This document shows positions 49,278 to 57,592 of a stretch of 64,000 nt of DNA, piece after piece; the stretch's first letter is position 1; each line of letters begins with the position of its first letter. Both the position numbers and the translations under genes were made by a program. The notes beneath the pieces were generated by a model. The model made no database searches. It had not been told where the DNA came from and saw only the letters and a program-made list of their open reading frames with translations. The DNA is from Candidatus Latescibacterota bacterium. Its GTDB lineage: Bacteria; Latescibacterota; UBA2968; GCA-2709665. The stretch covers positions 1,568,001 through 1,632,000 of the forward strand of contig OZ220733.1 in the NCBI GenBank assembly GCA_965116875.1, given 5' to 3'.

Positions 49278-50238
49278 GCTCTACCTGGTCACGGGCGGCG
49301 CCGGATTTATCGGTTCCTCGCTGGTACGACGACTGCTTCACGACGGCCACCGGGTGCGGGTCCTGGACAATCTGTCACGAGGAAACGCCGGCCGCCTGGC
49401 GGACATAGGCGACCGGGTGGAATTCATCGAAGCGGACGTCCGGGACGCGGATGCCGTGGGAAGAGCCGCCCGGGGCGTGGAAAGCCTTTGCCACCTGGCC
49501 TCGGTGAACGGCACCGAGTGGTTCTACAGCAAGCCGGAAATCGTCCTCGACGTGGGGGTGAAGGGCGTCGTGAACACCATCGACGCCTGCCTGAAGCACG
49601 ACGTTCCCGAGTACGTCCTGGCCTCCAGTTCCGAAGTGTACCAGACTCCGCCAGCCATCCCCACGGACGAATCCGCGCCGCTCTCCGTTCCCGACCCCCT
49701 GAATCCCCGCTTTTCCTACGGCGGCAGCAAGATCATCAGCGAACTCATGGCCCTGAACTATGGCCGGAGTCACGTGGAACGCGTCCTCGTCGTCCGCCCG
49801 CACAACGTGTACGGGCCCGACATGGGGCGCGAGCACGTCATCCCCCAGCTCATCCTGCGGGCGGCCGCGCTCGCGTCCGAACACCCTCGCGGCGCGGTAC
49901 GGTTCCCAATACAGGGCGACGGCTCGCAGACCCGGGCCTTCATGCATATCGACGATTTTACCGACGGGCTCGCTACCGTCCTGGAACGAGGCGCGCACCT
50001 GAATATCTACCACGTCGGCAATGATGAGGAAGTCACCATCCGGCGCCTCGCCGAACTGATCTTCAACCACGTCGGCAGGGACTTCGAACTCGTCCCCAAA
50101 GCGTTGACAGCCGGCAGCCCCGCAAGAAGGCGCCCCTGTATCGACAAACTCAGGGCCCTCGGCTTCCGCCCGCGCGTCTCGCTCCGTGACGGCCTGGACG
50201 GCACGATCGGCTGGTACCTGGACAACCACCGCGATTGA
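49270..50238 (+). CDS. NAD-dependent epimerase/dehydratase (extended SDR)
   Basis: VTGGAGFIGS; ASSSEVY; YGGSK; HNVYGP. Confidence 0.93.
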   Translation: MSKLYLVTGGAGFIGSSLVRRLLHDGHRVRVLDNLSRGNAGRLADIGDRVEFIEADVRDADAVGRAARGVESLCHLASVNGTEWFYSKPEIVLDVGVKGVVNTIDACLKHDVPEYVLASSSEVYQTPPAIPTDESAPLSVPDPLNPRFSYGGSKIISELMALNYGRSHVERVLVVRPHNVYGPDMGREHVIPQLILRAAALASEHPRGAVRFPIQGDGSQTRAFMHIDDFTDGLATVLERGAHLNIYHVGNDEEVTIRRLAELIFNHVGRDFELVPKALTAGSPARRRPCIDKLRALGFRPRVSLRDGLDGTIGWYLDNHRD

Positions 50239-50253
50239 GCAGGAGGATCACGC

Positions 50254-51504
50254 GTGCCGCACGCAGCCTCCCGAAACGTCACACGCTGCCAGATCAGCCA
50301 ATCCGCGAATCTTCAGTCCGTTCTCTTCCTGGGCTACGTGCCTCCGGTGAACGACATGCAACCGGTGGGCGCAGAACCCGTCGATCGCCCGATGTATCCC
50401 CTTGAGCTGCTCTACTGCCCGGACTCACACCTGGTGCAGATCGGCTGCCAGGTGGAACCGGAAATCCTGTTCCCGCCGGAATATCCCTACACCAGCGGCA
50501 CCACGCGCATTCTCCGCGAGAACTTCGCGGATCTGTTCGAACGGTGCAGGGACCGGCTGGGGGTCGACGGCTCCTGGTTCGTGATCGACGTCGGCTCCAA
50601 CGACGGCACGCTGCTGGCCAATTTCAAGGCCGGGGGCTGCCGGATCCTGGGCATCGACCCCACGGACAGGGCACGGCTTGCAAACGAGAGGGACATCCAC
50701 AGCCTCCAGGCTTTTTTCTCACGGGAGACCGCGAGGACGGTTGCCGCGGAATACGGCCCGGCCGGCCTTGTGACCGCAACCAACGTTTTCGCGCACATGC
50801 CCGACGTCGACGAGGTCGTGGCCGGGATCCTGGACATCCTGGATGAAAACGGGGTTTTCGTCTCCGAGTCCCACTACCTGCTGGACCTGATCGGGACGCT
50901 GCAGTACGACACCGTCTACCACGAACACCTCAGGTACTATTCCCTGCACAGCCTGAAATTCCTCCTGGAAAAGCACGGGATGGAGATCTTCCACGTGGAA
51001 CGCATCCCCACGCACGGGGGCTCCATCCGTGTCTTTGCCGCCCGCACGGGAAGATATCCGGTGGATCCTTCCGTTTCGAACCTGTTGAAAGAGGAACGGC
51101 GTGCCGGACTGCTCGACCCGGAAACCTACCGCAGCTTCGCCGCGGACGTTCTGCAGAGCAAACTCGACCTCCTGGACCTGCTGCGAGACGTCAAGGCCCG
51201 CGGCGGTCGCATCTACGGTATCGGCGCGCCCTCCCGCGCCAGCACCCTGATTGCCTATACCGGACTGGATCGCGAGACGATCGACTGCGTTGTTGAAATC
51301 CGGGGTTCGTACAAAATCGGCAAATTCATGCCGGGCACCCGCATCCCCGTTCTCGAAGAGTCCGCACTGTTCAGCGACCAGCCCGAATACGCGCTGCTCT
51401 TCTCCTGGCATATCGCCGGGGAACTCCTGCCCAGACTCACGGGCAAGGGGTTCAAGGGGAAATACATCGTCCCGCTTCCGTCACCCCGTATCGTGGCAGG
51501 ATAG
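50254..51504 (+). CDS. NDP-hexose C-methyltransferase (TylC3/NovU-like, class I SAM)
   Basis: YPL.L..C....LVQ; DVGSNDG.LL; ATNVFAH; YDTVYHEHLRYYS; THGGSIR; G.GAP; K.G.FMPGT.IP; FSW. Confidence 0.88.
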   Translation: MPHAASRNVTRCQISQSANLQSVLFLGYVPPVNDMQPVGAEPVDRPMYPLELLYCPDSHLVQIGCQVEPEILFPPEYPYTSGTTRILRENFADLFERCRDRLGVDGSWFVIDVGSNDGTLLANFKAGGCRILGIDPTDRARLANERDIHSLQAFFSRETARTVAAEYGPAGLVTATNVFAHMPDVDEVVAGILDILDENGVFVSESHYLLDLIGTLQYDTVYHEHLRYYSLHSLKFLLEKHGMEIFHVERIPTHGGSIRVFAARTGRYPVDPSVSNLLKEERRAGLLDPETYRSFAADVLQSKLDLLDLLRDVKARGGRIYGIGAPSRASTLIAYTGLDRETIDCVVEIRGSYKIGKFMPGTRIPVLEESALFSDQPEYALLFSWHIAGELLPRLTGKGFKGKYIVPLPSPRIVAG

Positions 51505-51697
51505 CTGACCGCACAAAGGTTCATGCGATTCGAAAGCCTAACCTCAATTCGAAGAAAGACAACAGTCAATTTGCCACAAAAAGCACAAAAGGCACAGAAG
51601 GGGATGGTGCGAAAACGGGGTATTGAGGCCTCTGTTCTTCTGTATAATTTCGACATTCAGGTCCCCGAACAACTGCGAATCAGGTTTAAATCCGACC

Positions 51698-52441
51698 ATG
51701 CCCGATCTCGACATCGTCATCCCCGTGTACAACGAGGGCAGCAACATCCTGAACGTACTCAACGCCCTGTGCGATGCGACGAGCACGCCCTTCCGCGTAC
51801 TGATCTGTTACGACGATGCGTCCGATGACACGCTGGAAGCCCTGAAGAGATTCACGGATACCCGATGCGAAATCGTTAAAGTCCGCAACCGCGGGCGGGG
51901 GGCCCACGGGGCCGTCGTCACGGGTTTCAGCGAAGGCGACGCGCCCGCGGCGATCATGTGGCCGGCCGACGATACCTACAACGCGGGCATCATCGACAGG
52001 ATGCATCGGGAATACGTGAACGGTTGCGACGTCGTCTGCGCCAGCCGGTTTATCGACGGCGGCTGCATGGTGGGCGCGCCGTGGCTGAAATCTCTGCTTG
52101 TCAGGAGCTCCGCCTTCACCCTTTATTATCTGGGGCGGCTTCCCGCCCGGGACGCCAGCAACGGCCTTCGGCTGTTCTCCAGGCGACTGCTGGACCGGGC
52201 GCGGATCGAGTCCTCGGCGGGTTTCGCCTACGGCATCGAACTGCTGGTCAAATGCCACCGGCTGGGCTGGAGAATCGCGGAGGTCCCCGCAGCGTGGTAC
52301 GAGAGGACCTCCGGCCGAAGTCGCTTCAGGGTCATCCGCTGGCTTCCGGAATACCTGCGCTGGTTCTTCTACGCCTTCGCAACAACGTATCTTGGCCGGG
52401 GTCCGGAGACCGTTCCTGAAACGAAGCATACGGATGCCTGA
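51698..52441 (+). CDS. GT2 glycosyltransferase (polyprenol-P sugar synthase-like)
   Basis: IVIPVYNEG; ICYDD; PADD; VCASRF; ERT.G.SRF. Confidence 0.88.
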   Translation: MPDLDIVIPVYNEGSNILNVLNALCDATSTPFRVLICYDDASDDTLEALKRFTDTRCEIVKVRNRGRGAHGAVVTGFSEGDAPAAIMWPADDTYNAGIIDRMHREYVNGCDVVCASRFIDGGCMVGAPWLKSLLVRSSAFTLYYLGRLPARDASNGLRLFSRRLLDRARIESSAGFAYGIELLVKCHRLGWRIAEVPAAWYERTSGRSRFRVIRWLPEYLRWFFYAFATTYLGRGPETVPETKHTDA

Positions 52442-52462
52442 CATGAACCGTGGAGCCTGACC

Positions 52463-54907
52463 ATGAGCAAGCGCAGAAAAAGAACCGCCCGGCGTTCCGC
52501 AACGACGCGGCCTGAAACCTCGAAGACCCTCTCCGACCGTTTCGGTCCTTTCCTCGCGTCGCCCTGGGCCCCGGTTGTGTTCTTCCTGCTCCTGAGCGCG
52601 GTGTACTTCGCCGGGTTCGTCTTTACCGATCACGTCATTCTCGGACAGGACACGGGAAGGGAATTCCACAAGGGGCGTGAGCCCTTCCTGGAAAAACTGG
52701 CCAACCTGGCGCCGGCCAACTGGACGCGCTATCTCGGGGGCACCCCCGTGACCGGACAACGGACGTCGAGCTACTTTCCGCTGGAAATCATCGCCCTGTT
52801 TACAACCCGACACCGGCTTCTGGGCTGGCGGTATTTCTTCGCCATGTTCATGGCCGGTTATTTCATGTATCTCTGTATCCGCGGTTTCGGCATGAAGCCG
52901 CTCACGGCCTGGCTCACGGGCATCGCGTACGCCTCCGCGCCCGCCCTGCTCACCTTCATCTACGCCGGCCATGAAGCCAAGATGCTGGTGATCGGCCTGT
53001 TCCCGCTCATGGTCTGGGGGCTGTACCGCGGCATGGAGACCGGCCGGATGATTTACTACCTGGTTCTGGGCGTCGCCATTGGCGCGGGCATCTACACCCC
53101 GCACCTCCAGATGCTGTACTACGCACTCTGCGGCCTGGCCATTCTCTTCGCCGCAAGACTCGGACAGTCCCTGTACGGCGAGCGAGACGTCGCGGCAGCC
53201 CTGCGCCGAAGCCTTCTCAGCGCCGGCGCGGTCTGTCTGGGCCTGGGGATTGGCGCCATGGGCGTGTTCCCGCAATACTGGTACACCCGGACGGAATCGA
53301 GAAGGGCGCTGGGAGACGGCGAAGGCAAGGGCCTGGAATACGCGCAGACCTGGTCGCTGCATCCCGAGGAAGTCGCTTCGCTGGTCGTACCGGAGTTCGC
53401 GCACTTCGACGACCCGGACCGAAGACAACGAAACTACTGGGGCCGCAATCCCTTCAAGCTCAATTCCGAATATTTCGGAATCGCCGTTCTCTTCTTCGCC
53501 GCGCTCGCCCTGGGGCGCATCCGCCGCGACCCGAGAATCGGGATCTTTCTCCTGCTCTTTTTCCTCGCCCTGGCATTCGCCCTCGGACCCCATACCTTCG
53601 TGCACGGATACGCGTACCGCTATATCCCCGGGATGAAGGTACTCCGGGCGCCGGGTATGATCGCGTTCCTGTTCGCCTTCCCCGCATGCGTTCTGGGCGC
53701 CATCGGACTGCAGCGGGTCCTCTACCCGACGGACGTTTCACCCCGTACGCGGCGCAATCTGGCCATCGGCGCCGGGGTTGCCGTGGTCCTGCTGCTGGGT
53801 GTCGCCCTGTCTCCCCAGAGCGCCGTAAACGCATGGACCGGACTCTTCTGGTCCGATATTCCGGATTCAGCCGTCCGCGTCGCACAGGCGAACGCGCCCA
53901 ACCTCAGCCGGGGCGCCGTTTTTGCCGCGCTGATTGTATCGCTCCTGGCCATTCTGACGTGGAGACGCCTGGGCGGCGGCATTTCCCCCGTGGTCTACGC
54001 ATGCCTTCTGGTTCCCCTGATGCTCTTCGATACCTGGCGGATCGACCGGCAGTTCCTCCGATATTTCGATCCGGACCTGCAATCCCCGCCCGAACGCGTG
54101 TACGGCGGCGTGCTGCGGCATTTTGAACAGGACACGGACCTGTACCGCGTGCTGTACGTATCGCAGCTCTCCATTCCCCCGCCGCATCTGGGCGCCGGAA
54201 AGCGGACGATCGTGGACCGGGTCCGGGTGGACTATCACGAACCCTTTACCATGCTTCGCTACGACCGGATGACCGAACCCCAAAACCTCCGGCATTTCCC
54301 CATCCTGAATCTGCTGAACACCCGCTACGTCGTGACCCGGGAGCCCTTTCCGGACGGACCCGCGTCCGTTGTCACCGACGGCCTGCATATCTACAAAAAC
54401 GACTTCGCGCTGCCCTGGTTCTACCTGGCGCCCCGATACCGGATCGAGACCGACGAGGACCGCATCCTGAAGCTGCTCTCGGGACCCGGATTCAGGCCCG
54501 ATGAGACCGTTGTCCTGGAGGTCGAGCCGGAAGGCTTTTCGGCGGATAGTACGGACACGCGAGCGCAGGATTTCATCGAGAAGGTCGTGTACGATGAACG
54601 CACCGGCCATATCGAACTCAACGTCAAATCCGGCGGACCGCGCCTGCTGGTGATCTCCGAGAATTACCACCCCTTCTGGCACGCCCGGGTGGACGGAGAG
54701 GAGCGGCCGCTGTTGAGGGCCAACTACGCGTGGAAGGCCGTTGCCGTGCCCGGGGGCGAACACCGGGTCGTACTCCGTTTCCACGATCCCATTGCCACGG
54801 CGTGCCGCTGGATTACCCTCGTTTCCACCCTCTTCGCCATCGCCTGCGCCGCCGCATGGTACTGGCGGAAGCGCACCGGTAAACCGGCGGCCGCCTCCGC
54901 GGAGTAA
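52463..54907 (+). CDS. YfhO-family polytopic membrane (GT-C) protein
   Basis: W..YL.GGTP; H.QM.YY; WSLHPEE; EYFG; C-terminal LVISE.YHP.W.A.VDG....RANYA..AV.VP.GEH.V. Confidence 0.85.
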   Translation: MSKRRKRTARRSATTRPETSKTLSDRFGPFLASPWAPVVFFLLLSAVYFAGFVFTDHVILGQDTGREFHKGREPFLEKLANLAPANWTRYLGGTPVTGQRTSSYFPLEIIALFTTRHRLLGWRYFFAMFMAGYFMYLCIRGFGMKPLTAWLTGIAYASAPALLTFIYAGHEAKMLVIGLFPLMVWGLYRGMETGRMIYYLVLGVAIGAGIYTPHLQMLYYALCGLAILFAARLGQSLYGERDVAAALRRSLLSAGAVCLGLGIGAMGVFPQYWYTRTESRRALGDGEGKGLEYAQTWSLHPEEVASLVVPEFAHFDDPDRRQRNYWGRNPFKLNSEYFGIAVLFFAALALGRIRRDPRIGIFLLLFFLALAFALGPHTFVHGYAYRYIPGMKVLRAPGMIAFLFAFPACVLGAIGLQRVLYPTDVSPRTRRNLAIGAGVAVVLLLGVALSPQSAVNAWTGLFWSDIPDSAVRVAQANAPNLSRGAVFAALIVSLLAILTWRRLGGGISPVVYACLLVPLMLFDTWRIDRQFLRYFDPDLQSPPERVYGGVLRHFEQDTDLYRVLYVSQLSIPPPHLGAGKRTIVDRVRVDYHEPFTMLRYDRMTEPQNLRHFPILNLLNTRYVVTREPFPDGPASVVTDGLHIYKNDFALPWFYLAPRYRIETDEDRILKLLSGPGFRPDETVVLEVEPEGFSADSTDTRAQDFIEKVVYDERTGHIELNVKSGGPRLLVISENYHPFWHARVDGEERPLLRANYAWKAVAVPGGEHRVVLRFHDPIATACRWITLVSTLFAIACAAAWYWRKRTGKPAAASAE

Positions 54908-54910
54908 TCC

Positions 54911-56350
54911 ATGGGCGGCAAGTCACCGGTCAGACGGATCGCGGGCAACACCGCGGTCCAGGTATTCGGACGGGCCATCGAGTTCGCGATCTTCCTGTTC
55001 CTCGTCCACTACCTGGATCTGAAAGCGTTCGGCGCCTATACGTTCATCCTGACCAACCTGATGTTATGGGGGGTTCTTGCGGACGCGGGGACGTACAATC
55101 TCCTGATCCGGGAAGCCGCCAGCGGGGAGAACGCCGACCGGCTTCTGGGGAACGCCCTGTCCATAGGGCTCGTCGCGTCTACGGCAGCGATTCTCACTTC
55201 AAACGCCTTTCTCTATCTTGCGGGTCAGGGAATGGAGACCCTCGTACCCGCGCTCATCGCCTCACTCTCCCTGTACATATCGCCCCGGCTCAACGCCTTC
55301 CGCAAGATGTTTCAGGTCCGGTTTCAGGCCGAACTCCGAATGGGAACCGTGGTGGCGTGGAACACCGCCTCCCACCTGCTCATGGCCGGCCTGCTGGTCG
55401 CGGTTGTCCTCAACAACGGCCTTCTTGTCGCTATCTTCTGCGCGCTGATCGCCGCCGAACTCCTCTCGTTCGCCGGACTGTGCATCACGCACCGGCGCCT
55501 GTTCGGACTTCCCCGGTTCCGGTTCGACCCGCGGATCGTCCGATCTCTTCTTCGGCAGAGCATCCCGCTCATGCTGGCCTCGGTATGCGTTACCGTCCAC
55601 GACAAGATCGGCATTATGATGCTCGAGTCCATCAAGAACAAGGAGGCCGTGGGCCTCTACAATATGGCCGCGCGAATTCCGGACAGCCTGCCGTTTCTCG
55701 CTTCGATATTCATCGCCTCCGTGTTCCCCGTGATGGTGAGACACCGGGATGCGAACCCGGTCGCGTTCGACAGAATCTATCGCCGCAGCGCGCGTTACCT
55801 GCTGCTCTTTATCGTCCCTGTCGCCGGCTTCTGCACGCTCGCCTCCCGGGACATCCTCGACCTCCTCTTTCCCGGCAGGATACCGGAAGCCATGCTCGGT
55901 CACGCCAGCGGGACGCTCGTCCTGCTCATCTGGGCGATGGTGTTCAAATACATGGGCACCGCCTTCAGTTTTCTGACTGTTGCCGTGGGCGAGGAACGAC
56001 GCCGGCTTGTCTGCCTGGGCGCGGCGGCGCTGCTCGGCATTCTTCTGAACGTCGCCCTGATCCCCGCGCACCACATTCTGGGATCGGCCGCGGCCGTCCT
56101 GATCGGGTCCATCGCGTATCCGGTTGCGGGGCTCTTCTTCGCTCCGCTGCGCAGGTATGCCGCCGCGCTCGGCGCCGCAGCCGCCAGGCCGTTGCTGGCG
56201 ACCGCGCTGACGGCGCTTTTCGTATCGGCCATCACCGATCACTTTGTGGTTGCGGCCGTGGCGGGGCTGCTCGTCTACGGCGCCCTGATCCTGATCTTCA
56301 AGGGCGTCACGCGGGAAGATATCGCGCTGTTGAGGGAAATGCGTGAATAG
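54911..56350 (+). CDS. Wzx-type polysaccharide/oligosaccharide flippase
   Basis: About 12-14 TM segments; NT..Q...R; AVGLYN.A.R; LNVALIP....G.A.A. Confidence 0.88.
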   Translation: MGGKSPVRRIAGNTAVQVFGRAIEFAIFLFLVHYLDLKAFGAYTFILTNLMLWGVLADAGTYNLLIREAASGENADRLLGNALSIGLVASTAAILTSNAFLYLAGQGMETLVPALIASLSLYISPRLNAFRKMFQVRFQAELRMGTVVAWNTASHLLMAGLLVAVVLNNGLLVAIFCALIAAELLSFAGLCITHRRLFGLPRFRFDPRIVRSLLRQSIPLMLASVCVTVHDKIGIMMLESIKNKEAVGLYNMAARIPDSLPFLASIFIASVFPVMVRHRDANPVAFDRIYRRSARYLLLFIVPVAGFCTLASRDILDLLFPGRIPEAMLGHASGTLVLLIWAMVFKYMGTAFSFLTVAVGEERRRLVCLGAAALLGILLNVALIPAHHILGSAAAVLIGSIAYPVAGLFFAPLRRYAAALGAAAARPLLATALTALFVSAITDHFVVAAVAGLLVYGALILIFKGVTREDIALLREMRE

Positions 56351-56565
56351 CTGTCAGCTATCAGCCATCAGCAGTCAGCCAAAAGCGAAAGGCAAAAGCA
56401 ACCCCTCACCACCCCGCAGACCTCTCTCCCCGGCCCTCTCTCCTACCAGGAGAGAGGGAGGAAGAACAGGTTTCGCACGCCGGTCACCAATAGACACTCT
56501 GATTGACAGGAAATCGCTGCTTTTACCTTTTTCCTTCTTCCTTCTTCCTTTTTCCTTCAGGACGG
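56348..56565 (+). repeat. Modular repeat (TCAGC 7-mers, GACCT palindrome, TTCCTTC tract)
   Basis: Same modules as elsewhere; starts at the flippase TAG. Confidence 0.85.
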
Positions 56566-56767
56566 GGTCCGGGGGAAAGGGGGAGCAATACCCGGCGTTG
56601 GGCAATTCCCCCCCCTATGGTTCTGTTGGATACGGGAGGCATTTGGATTATCATTCGTATTCCACCGCATCGGATTGTGACTGTCGCATTTTGCGACAGT
56701 TTCCGGCGTCGGTGCGATGGCGGCGGGAGCGTATCAACAATTGTCATTGAACGTCAGGAGACGCGGT

Positions 56768-57496
56768 ATGTTATCTAATCAACAGGTTGCGGATGCCGTA
56801 GAAGACGTCGTTGGGGTATTCAAGCGGGATGGATTCCTGGTTACGAAGGGTCTCTACTCCGCCGAAGAGATGCTGGACTGGAAGGCGCGCATCATCGGCA
56901 TCCTGGAGGCCGGCGGCCACATGAACACGGAGCCGACGTCCACCGGCGTCCACGTTTTCATGGCCGACGTGCTGGATCCGTTTTTCAGGGAACGGATGAA
57001 GGATGATTGTGTGGTTTCCATCCTGAACCGGATTGTTGGACCGAACGTGGAGTTTCTGAGCGTGAAGTCGGTCTACAAGAACAAGTTCACGCGGTTCGGG
57101 TCGCCCTGGCACCAGGATTGGTACTACTGGAAGGGCGCGAACAAGATTTCGGTGTGGATCGCGCTGGACGACGCCACGCCCGAGAACGGCTGCCTGAAGA
57201 TGATCGCCGGCAGTCATTTCAAGCGGTTCAAGGTGAAACAGGTCAGGGGAGAGAACGGATTCGGGTGGCGTATCGGAAACGAAGAGATCGTCGGACTTCC
57301 CGAGACCACGCTGGCGGTGAACCGGGGCGATGCGGTCTTCTTTCACGATCAGACCCTGCACAGTTCCTTTCCGAACACAACGGGCGCGGATCGCTGGAGC
57401 TTCATTTCAACCTACCGCGACGGGGCTGAGAGGGACGATTCGACCGTATGGAAACATCCGATGGTTGTCACCGGGGAAAGCGTGAACGGTGGTTGA
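56768..57496 (+). CDS. Phytanoyl-CoA dioxygenase (PhyH) family Fe(II)/2-OG oxygenase
   Basis: F.RDGFL; PWHQD; SVWIALDDATPENGCL..I.GSH; GDAVFFH..T.H.S.PN....R. Confidence 0.92.
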   Translation: MLSNQQVADAVEDVVGVFKRDGFLVTKGLYSAEEMLDWKARIIGILEAGGHMNTEPTSTGVHVFMADVLDPFFRERMKDDCVVSILNRIVGPNVEFLSVKSVYKNKFTRFGSPWHQDWYYWKGANKISVWIALDDATPENGCLKMIAGSHFKRFKVKQVRGENGFGWRIGNEEIVGLPETTLAVNRGDAVFFHDQTLHSSFPNTTGADRWSFISTYRDGAERDDSTVWKHPMVVTGESVNGG

Positions 57497-57592
57497 TCCA
57501 GGCAGACCGGATTCTGACATTCCCCGACAACAGAAGTGACAGGACTGTGGAACCGGCGTAGCGAAGACAGATCCCGATTCGGAACCCCCTGA

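Noticed and set aside
45224-53605. 780-aa and 639-aa minus-strand ORFs
   Set aside because: Antisense to well-supported his and glycan genes.
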